DNA from: Myxococcales bacterium
GTDB taxonomy: Bacteria; Myxococcota_A; UBA9042
DNA length: 64,000 nucleotides
Reading direction: 5' to 3'
Assembly (NCBI GenBank): GCA_037441385.1
Contig: JBBISH010000013.1
Coordinates: 1-64,000, forward strand
The position numbers were made by a program, and so were the translations under genes. This document shows positions 57,331 to 64,000 of the stretch, piece by piece. Position 1 is the first letter of the stretch, and each line of letters begins with the position of its first letter. The notes under the pieces are model-generated. The model was not told the origin of the DNA and did no database searches. It worked only from the letters and a program-made list of their open reading frames with translations.

Positions 57331-58261
57331 AATCGCGGCCCTGGTCAAGCAGAGTTCCGCGCCGCGCAACCGCTCGGAGCAGGAAATCGCCGGCTACCGC
57401 GATGCGCTGGCCCTGATCCACGAGTCGCACGCGCATATGCCCTTTGCAGTCAACGTGATCCTGCAGCTGCACACCATGCTGTTTCGCTATGTGGCGGGCG
57501 ATGGCGGGCGCTGGAAGCCGGCCGACAACGACATCATCGAGCGCGACGCGGCGGGCAACCTGTTGCGGGTGCGCTTTGCGGCGGTCCCGGCCGTGCAGAC
57601 GCCGCAGGCCATGGCGGATCTGGTCGCGGGCTATCGGCAGGCGGTCGAGCAGGACCTGTGCGAGCCGCTGGTGGCGGTGCCGCTCGCGATCCTCGACTTC
57701 TTGTGTGTGCATCCCTTTCGCGATGGCAATGGCCGGGTGGCGCGGCTGCTAACTCTGCTCCTGCTCTACCACTTCGACTACCAGGTCGGCCGCTACATTT
57801 CGCTCGAGCGCATCGTCGAAGAGTCGAACGAGACCTACTACGAGGCCCTGGAGCGGTCCTCGCAGGGCTGGCACCAAGGCGAACACCCGGCGCTGCCGTG
57901 GCTGCGCTACTTTTGGGGCGTGCTGGTCCGCGCCTACGGTGAGTTCGAAGAGCGGGTGGCCGTCCTCGGCAAGGGCCGGGGCAGCAAAGGCCAGCAAGTG
58001 CGCGATGCGGTGCAGAAACGTCTGGGGCCGTTTTCGCTGGGGGATATCGAAGCAGCTTGCCCGGGGGTCAGCCGCGACATGGTACGGGTGGTGCTGCGCG
58101 AACTGCGCGACGCAGGCGCCATCGAGCTGCAAGGCCAGGGCCGCGGGGCGCGCTGGCACAAGAAGCCTGCCTTACCGGTTGCTTACTCTGGCGCCGCGTC
58201 GAATGGCCCTCACCCCCGGCCTACGGCCGACCCCTCTCCCACTGAAGTGGGCGAGGGGTAA
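57326..58261 (+). pseudogene. Fic-family protein with C-terminal HTH, N-terminally truncated and fused to the hsdR remnant
   Basis: PRNRSEQEIAGYRD, intact HPFRDGNGRVAR motif; no own N-terminus; frame ends inside a palindromic repeat. Confidence 0.75.
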
Positions 58262-58390
58262 AGGGAAATTGCATTGCCCTTCGCCCAAAGCGTTGGGAGA
58301 GGAGGGGTCCCCGCGGTGAGCGAAGCGAGCGAGTGGCGCCAGCGGCGCCGGGAGAGCGGGGCAGATGCCGAAGGCGGCGGGGTGAGGGCC
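58205..58390. repeat. BoxC-like palindromic element (CCCTCACCCC...CCCTCTCCC...GGGAGAGG...GGGGTGAGGG)
   Basis: Perfect 12-bp outer IR (58205-58216 / 58379-58390) with internal hairpins. Confidence 0.75.
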
Positions 58391-58487
58391 AAGTGCCAAG
58401 GATCGCACAGGTTTCCAACGCATTCACGGCGCCAGTGGCTATGCGGTGAGGCTGGCACAAGAAGGGCCCAACAAGGGGTGAAGAGGG

Positions 58488-60035
58488 ATGCTGAGTCCGG
58501 CTATTTTGTCGAAGATCAATCAGTTGTGGGATCGGTTCTACTCGGGCGGCATCGCCAACACCCTATTGGCCATGGAGCAGATCAGCTACCTGCTGTTCAT
58601 GCGCCGGCTGGACGCCACCGACCGCGACCGCGCCGAGAACGCGGATTTTACGGGCATCCCCTACAAGACCGTGTTCACGGTGACGGACAAGGAAGGCAAC
58701 ACGCTGCCCGCCGACGACCTGCGCTGGAGCAGCTGGCGTCACCTGCCGGCCGAGGACATGCTGAACCACGTGCGCGACAAGGTGTTTCCGTTCATCAAGA
58801 ACCTGGGCGGCGAAGGGGCCAACTTCTCGGCGCGTATGCAAGACGCGGTGTTCCTCATCCCCAAGCCGTCGCTGCTGATCGAAGCGGTCGGCATCCTGGA
58901 CGCCATCTACCGCGACATCGACCGCGAGCGCGCCGAGCACGGCCAGGTCTTCCACGATACCCAAGGCGACATCTACGAGTACCTGCTGTCCGAAATTGCG
59001 ACCTCGGGCAAAAACGGCCAGTTCCGCACGCCGCGCCACCTGATCCAGCTGATCGTGGCGATGGTCGACCCCAAGCTGGGCGACGAGATCTGCGACCCGG
59101 CCTGCGGCACCGGCGGGTTCTTGCTGGGCAGCTACCAGCACATCGTGACCCAGCACACCAGCCCGGCCCAGCGCGTCACCGACGAAAATGGCTTTGCGTG
59201 TGGCCACTTGGGCGATCAGCTGACCGACGAGCGGCAATGGCAGGTGCTCCGTGAACAAACCCTGTACGGCTTTGACTTCGATACGACCATGGTGCGCATT
59301 GGCCTGATGAACCTGATGCTGCACGGCATCGACGCACCCAACCTGAGCTACCAAGACACGCTGGGCAAGCGCTACGACGAGCACGACCGCTACGACGTGG
59401 TGCTGGCCACCCCGCCGTTCAAGGGCAGCATCGACAAGGGCGACATCCACGAGGGCTTGAAGCTCAAGACCACCAAGACCGAGCTGCTGTTCGTGGCCAA
59501 GATCATCGCCCTTCTGCGCATGGGTGGCCGGGCCGGGGTGATCGTGCCCGACGGCGTCTTGTCCGGATCGTCGAACGCCCACCAAGACTTGCGGAAGCTC
59601 CTGGTCGACGAGTGCCAGCTGCAGGGCGTGCTGTCGATGCCGGCCGGGGTGTTCAAGCCGTACGCGGGCGTGTCGACCGGGGTGCTGTTCTTTGTGAAAG
59701 GCGGGCGGACCGACAAGGTCTGGTTCTACGACATGACGGCCGATGGGCGCTCGCTGGACGACAAACGCGAGAAGGTGAAAGAGAACGATATTCCGGATGT
59801 ACTGGCGCGGTGGCGCGGGCGGGATCCGGCGCGGGATACGGATCGGGCGGGGAAGGCGTTTTTTGTGGGTGTCGAGGAGATCCGGGCGGCGAAATATGAC
59901 TTGAGTATCAATCGGTACAAGCAGGTCCGGTACGAGGCGGTGGAGCATGAGGCGCCGGGGGTGATTTTGGCGAGGTTGCGGGATCTGGAGGCGGAGATTA
60001 GTCGGGAGATCGAGGAGTTGGGGGGGATGGTGTGA
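58488..60035 (+). CDS. hsdM: Type I R-M methyltransferase subunit (motif IV reads TPPF)
   Basis: GQFRTPRH, DPACGTGGFL, VLATPPF, IVPDGVL, YDLSINRY. Confidence 0.93.
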   Translation: MLSPAILSKINQLWDRFYSGGIANTLLAMEQISYLLFMRRLDATDRDRAENADFTGIPYKTVFTVTDKEGNTLPADDLRWSSWRHLPAEDMLNHVRDKVFPFIKNLGGEGANFSARMQDAVFLIPKPSLLIEAVGILDAIYRDIDRERAEHGQVFHDTQGDIYEYLLSEIATSGKNGQFRTPRHLIQLIVAMVDPKLGDEICDPACGTGGFLLGSYQHIVTQHTSPAQRVTDENGFACGHLGDQLTDERQWQVLREQTLYGFDFDTTMVRIGLMNLMLHGIDAPNLSYQDTLGKRYDEHDRYDVVLATPPFKGSIDKGDIHEGLKLKTTKTELLFVAKIIALLRMGGRAGVIVPDGVLSGSSNAHQDLRKLLVDECQLQGVLSMPAGVFKPYAGVSTGVLFFVKGGRTDKVWFYDMTADGRSLDDKREKVKENDIPDVLARWRGRDPARDTDRAGKAFFVGVEEIRAAKYDLSINRYKQVRYEAVEHEAPGVILARLRDLEAEISREIEELGGMV

Positions 60036-61255
60036 TGGGGACCACAGAAACTGTGCCAGGTTGGCGCCTGCTACGGCTTGATGAAGTCGCAGAGATCGGG
60101 TCCGGCGTGACCAAGGGGCGCAAACTCGGCGACCGGGGCACGGCGGTGGTGCCCTATCTCAGAGTGGCCAACGTGCAAGCTGGAAGGATCATCGTGGATG
60201 ACGTGGCCACAATGGCCGTGCCGATTGAGGAGGTTGCCAGATTCGCGCTGTGTGCGGGCGATGTGCTGATGACCGAAGGCGGAGATCCCGACAAGCTAGG
60301 TCGAGGGGCGGTTTGGGACGGGAGCATTGAACCTTGTGTCCACCAGAATCATGTGTTTCGGGTTCGCGCAGACCAGAGCCAGCTTCTGCCAAAATACCTT
60401 GAAGCCTACTTGGGGGCGCGGGATGCACGCACCTACTTTGCCCGTTGCGCGAAACAAACTACGGGCATCGCATCGATCAACAAGACCCAGTTGTCGGCCT
60501 TTCCAGTATTGCTCCCACCCCTCCCCGACCAACGCCGCATCGCCGCCATCCTCGACAAAGCCGACGGCATCCGCCGCAAGCGCCGCGAGGTGGTCCGGCT
60601 GGCCGATGAGTTCTTGAAGTCGGCGTTCTTGGAGATGTTTGGGGATCCTGTTGGGAATCCGCGGGGGTGGCGGATCCGGCAGATGGACGACCTAATCAGC
60701 GACATCCAGTACGGCACCGCCGACCCGGCCAAAGAGACCGGCGACGGGCTGCCGATCCTGCGCATGAACAACCTGACCTACGATGGCCGCATCGACTTGG
60801 CCAGTCTCAAGTGGTGTCCGATTGCGGAGCGCGAGTTCGAGCAGTACACGGTGCGGCGAGGCGATCTGCTGTTCAATCGGACCAATAGCCCGGAATTGGT
60901 GGGCAAGACGGCAGTGTGGAACCGCGAGGAGCGCTATGCGTTCGCCGGGTACCTTATCCGCGTTCGGTTTCACTCCAACCTGGCGACGCCCGAGTATGTG
61001 TCAGGCTGGCTCAACAGCGCCCAGGGCAAAGCCTACCTGTTCGCAAAAGCCAAGGCGTCGAACAACATGTCGAATTTCAGCGCTGGGATGTTTCGGACGA
61101 TTCCGATTGCCGTCCCGCCTGTCGATCAACAGCAGCGCTTTTCGCAAGTGGTGGCCGCGGTGGCCAAGCTCCGCGGGCGAGCGGAAGAGGCGGTGAGTGC
61201 CGCCGACCGGCTGTTCGAGTCGCTGGTGGATCGGGCGTTTTCGGGGGCGTTGTAG
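60032..61255 (+). CDS. hsdS: Type I R-M specificity subunit
   Basis: Two TRDs with conserved PPLPDQRRIAAILDKAD...FLEMFGDP..NPRGW and PPVDQQQRF...AFSGAL. Confidence 0.93.
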   Translation: MMGTTETVPGWRLLRLDEVAEIGSGVTKGRKLGDRGTAVVPYLRVANVQAGRIIVDDVATMAVPIEEVARFALCAGDVLMTEGGDPDKLGRGAVWDGSIEPCVHQNHVFRVRADQSQLLPKYLEAYLGARDARTYFARCAKQTTGIASINKTQLSAFPVLLPPLPDQRRIAAILDKADGIRRKRREVVRLADEFLKSAFLEMFGDPVGNPRGWRIRQMDDLISDIQYGTADPAKETGDGLPILRMNNLTYDGRIDLASLKWCPIAEREFEQYTVRRGDLLFNRTNSPELVGKTAVWNREERYAFAGYLIRVRFHSNLATPEYVSGWLNSAQGKAYLFAKAKASNNMSNFSAGMFRTIPIAVPPVDQQQRFSQVVAAVAKLRGRAEEAVSAADRLFESLVDRAFSGAL

Positions 61256-61286
61256 AGCACGTTGTCTGGAGCCCAGGGAGACGCAA

Positions 61287-62267
61287 ATGGCAAGAAATGG
61301 ACCACATCGACGGCGCAAGCGCAGCCAGCAGCGCGACGCTCCCGCAGGCAACCCCCTGGCAGGGCTCGACCCGGTAATAGCGGGTTACGCGACGGTCTTC
61401 GTGGACCTCCTCGGAATGTCCCAGGAACTGCGTCGCTTCGACGGTCTGGCTGGTGGGCCCAACCCAGACCGTGCCGTGGAGGTTGTGCGCCGGACAGCGA
61501 TGGCCATTGTGCTGTTCCGCAAGCACTTTCACCAATACCTGCAGTTCTTCTATGGTCGCGAAGTCCGCGCGCTGCCATCAGACCTGCCGGCCGGCGCCCA
61601 AGGGATTTGGCGCGAGTTCCACGGCGGCCCGCGGCCACTTGTCCAGGGCTTTGGCGACTCGGTAGCCATCTCGGTACGCCTAGACTACACGAACCGTCTC
61701 GCCATGGTTCGGGGAATCTACGCACAGTTCCACGCCACGGCCGGTGCCTCCTTGAACATGGCTTACACGCTGGGTCAGTTCTTACGCGGTGGGGTGGCCC
61801 TTGGATATGGCTGCGTTTTGGACGGCAAGGAAGTGATCGGCGCGGGAATCGCCAAAGCGGTCAAGCTGGAGAAGGACGCCTGCTTTCCGCGCGTACGAGT
61901 AGACCAAGAGGTGATAGATTTTCTAGGGACCCCTGTGCCGGTGCGCGGTGACGAGGAAGGTGACGACCGCATCAGGCTAGAACTCGAGATCTGGTTGCGT
62001 CAAAGGTGTTTCGGACTTTTGCAGAAGGAAGGCGCCGAGTGGTACATCGACATGCTGCACCCGGAGGCCTGTGAGGGTTGGTTGCCCATTGGGCAAGTGC
62101 TGGACGGCCTTGAAACACAGGCCCGCGATCAGCGCGCGAGAGCATTGCAGTCGGGCATGGCGCAGGAAGATCGGGAGAAAGTCGCGAAAAAGTACGATTG
62201 GGTGTTGGAGCAGGTCGACTTGGCACGAGGAAGGATGACAGTGGCAAAGGAGGTCCCAGCGCCATGA
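61287..62267 (+). CDS. Hypothetical protein with class III nucleotidyl-cyclase-like motifs
   Basis: VFVDLLG...FGDSV...LRGGVALG...IGAGIAKAVKLE...FPRV; GGAG RBS. Confidence 0.65.
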   Translation: MARNGPHRRRKRSQQRDAPAGNPLAGLDPVIAGYATVFVDLLGMSQELRRFDGLAGGPNPDRAVEVVRRTAMAIVLFRKHFHQYLQFFYGREVRALPSDLPAGAQGIWREFHGGPRPLVQGFGDSVAISVRLDYTNRLAMVRGIYAQFHATAGASLNMAYTLGQFLRGGVALGYGCVLDGKEVIGAGIAKAVKLEKDACFPRVRVDQEVIDFLGTPVPVRGDEEGDDRIRLELEIWLRQRCFGLLQKEGAEWYIDMLHPEACEGWLPIGQVLDGLETQARDQRARALQSGMAQEDREKVAKKYDWVLEQVDLARGRMTVAKEVPAP

Positions 62268-63238
62268 ACAACACTTCGGCGCGCGCGCCGGACCTTACCG
62301 CCCACGAGCAGAACAAGAGGCTTCAGCTGGGCGACATGACCGTCTACCTGGTCGAGCGACACAACTGGGCCCTGGTGCCATGGGCCCAGGTCAAGAGCGA
62401 GCACGAAGCGCAACCACTGGTCCTGCTCTCGCTGGACTACCATCAGGACAGCCTGCCGCCGTTCAACCGCCACTGCGGCTGCCATTGCGTCCTCGACGAA
62501 GTCACGGGGCCGGCCGTCGAGCGAGAGTTGGCTGCGATTGACCGCCGCTATCCAGTGTCCGTAGCGGCCGCAGCCGGCAAGCTGAACCACGACGAGCAGA
62601 CTGCGACGGCCGTGCGGCTGGGCATTTTTGAAGCGGCGTTTGTCGTCAGCTTCCAGCAAGGCTCCTGCGAAACACCGAAGTCCCACCAGCAGGAACGATA
62701 TATGGCCCAGTTCGAGCTGGACGCCATGATTGCGCGTGGCGGCCGTGCCCCAAGAGAGATGCCGCCCCGACCGCACACCTACCCTCGGTCCAAGGATGGA
62801 CTGTACCTCGTTGGCAGCAGTTGCACGCCGGGCTGTCGCAAACGCCCCCACGACGACGACTGCAATCAACGCGAGCACGACGCAGCGATCGATTCCGACT
62901 ACCTTGAATCCCGGCTCGGCACAGCGAACGAGATGGCCACGAGTGCCCTCGGCTGGTCCAGCTGGCGACAAAACCCGTACGTCCTCGACGTGGATCTGGA
63001 CTATTTCAACACGCGGAAGTCCGTTGCTCCGCCAGACCCGACCTTGTTTCACGCCTTGATCAAGGGCGCGGTGGCGATGACGATTGCGATGGAACGGAAC
63101 TGTGTACAGAACTGCGCGCTGAGCGGGGAGGAGCTGGACGCCGATTGGCTCCTGGAGCGGGTGCTGGAGCATGTGAAGGTCGCGCGCGGGCCGAGCATGA
63201 AAGGCGAGTCCAAGTCTCGCTCGGCGGCGCGGCGGTGA
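62264..63238 (+). CDS. UPF0489-family protein (arginase/deacetylase-like metal motifs)
   Basis: VERHNWAL, LSLDYHQD, LDVDLDYF, ITIA.E-like; ATGA overlap and AAGGAGGT RBS. Confidence 0.75.
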   Translation: MNNTSARAPDLTAHEQNKRLQLGDMTVYLVERHNWALVPWAQVKSEHEAQPLVLLSLDYHQDSLPPFNRHCGCHCVLDEVTGPAVERELAAIDRRYPVSVAAAAGKLNHDEQTATAVRLGIFEAAFVVSFQQGSCETPKSHQQERYMAQFELDAMIARGGRAPREMPPRPHTYPRSKDGLYLVGSSCTPGCRKRPHDDDCNQREHDAAIDSDYLESRLGTANEMATSALGWSSWRQNPYVLDVDLDYFNTRKSVAPPDPTLFHALIKGAVAMTIAMERNCVQNCALSGEELDADWLLERVLEHVKVARGPSMKGESKSRSAARR

Positions 63239-63370
63239 GCACAGATGGTCACTTGCCTTGCGGCAAGACATGCCGATCGCCTTGGCGGGGAGCCCTACAC
63301 CATTGACTTAGCAGCGCAACTCTGGCGCCCCCCCCCATCTCACACTTGCAGCACCGCGTCGAACTCGACT

Positions 63371-64000
63371 ATGCTCATCTCCGCGCAGCCCAGCCCCTGC
63401 GCCCACGGAAAAGCGGTGGAATTCGACAGCCCGGCCATCCAACTCGCGAACTGGGTTCAGCAAAACTACCCGTTCGCCAAGCTGGAGCCGCTGACTCACC
63501 TCAAGCTGCAGAAGCTGGCGTTCTACGTCTACGGCGCCGCCATGGCGTTTGACCAGGATCGCGTGCTGCCGGGCGTGACGTTTGAGGCATGGCAGCACGG
63601 CCCGGTATGCCGGCCGATTTGGCTGCACTACCGCGAAACGGGGCGCGACGCGTTGCCGCCGAGTACTTGTGCGCCGGTTGAGCTGCCGGTCAGCGCGGCG
63701 GAGCCGATGCTCGACGCCTTGGCGGTGTACGGCCTGCTGCGAACCTGGCCGCTCCGGCAGCAGAGCCACCTGGAAGATCCCTGGAAGACCAGCTATTCGG
63801 CCCAGGACCGCACGATCGATCCCGAGCTGATGCGCGAACACTTCCACCGCAAGTTCAACCGCGGCGCCGTGGCCTGGCCTGAGTACTTGGTTGGCGCGGG
63901 AAGCCTGCGGCTCGACGGCATTCCGGTGGCGCAGCACGCGAGCTTGCGGTCGCTGGCCGACGCTGTGCGGGCCACCGCCCGTCGGCTGGAAGCGGGCCGT
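63371..64000 (+). CDS. Panacea/SocA (DUF4065) antitoxin-domain protein, runs off the window (alternative start GTG 63416)
   Basis: Own translation: LTHLKLQKLAFY...FEAWQHGPV...YG...SHLEDPW; no stop before 64000. Confidence 0.85.
   Translation, partial: MLISAQPSPCAHGKAVEFDSPAIQLANWVQQNYPFAKLEPLTHLKLQKLAFYVYGAAMAFDQDRVLPGVTFEAWQHGPVCRPIWLHYRETGRDALPPSTCAPVELPVSAAEPMLDALAVYGLLRTWPLRQQSHLEDPWKTSYSAQDRTIDPELMREHFHRKFNRGAVAWPEYLVGAGSLRLDGIPVAQHASLRSLADAVRATARRLEAGR

Noticed and set aside
56873..58261. Genuine 462-aa Fic-helicase fusion protein
   Set aside because: N-terminal part is an out-of-frame hsdR reading plus MITE peptide; treated as a deletion product.

Overview
High-GC bacterial chromosomal segment whose gene content (Cys-rich MopE/Dictyostelium-type repeat lipoprotein, CxxxxCH multiheme lipoprotein, CHASE2 cyclase, PilZ protein) suggests Myxococcota or a related deltaproteobacterial lineage (inference). 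Housekeeping content: hemB, ugd, rpmH-rnpA-yidD-yidC-jag, amrA/amrB, an XDH-family Mo subunit, M3 peptidase, TlpA, two patatins and a hybrid kinase. Highlights: (1) a selenocysteine formate dehydrogenase (in-frame UGA plus SECIS) with a NuoE/F-like partner; (2) a minus-strand operon (about 42.7-49 kb): RAPP-motif Cys/His-rich leader ORF, Cyc2-like cytochrome-porin, cupredoxin, Rieske protein, cytochrome b, 8-heme cytochrome c, small Met-tailed lipoprotein, a candidate copper-regulated outer-membrane-to-quinone electron conduit; (3) five same-orientation copies of a 132-bp structured MITE (TAC...GTA ends, 3-bp TNA target duplication, net 135-bp frame-preserving insertion), one nested in a second CTAG-flanked element and one in frame within an hsdR remnant; (4) a decaying defence island (hsdR collapsed onto a Fic gene, hsdM with NPPF changed to TPPF, hsdS, a coupled cyclase-like/UPF0489 pair) bracketed by a 16-bp direct repeat and followed by a Panacea/SocA antitoxin. 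No rRNA, tRNA or CRISPR array was recognised. All calls are by eye, without database searches.
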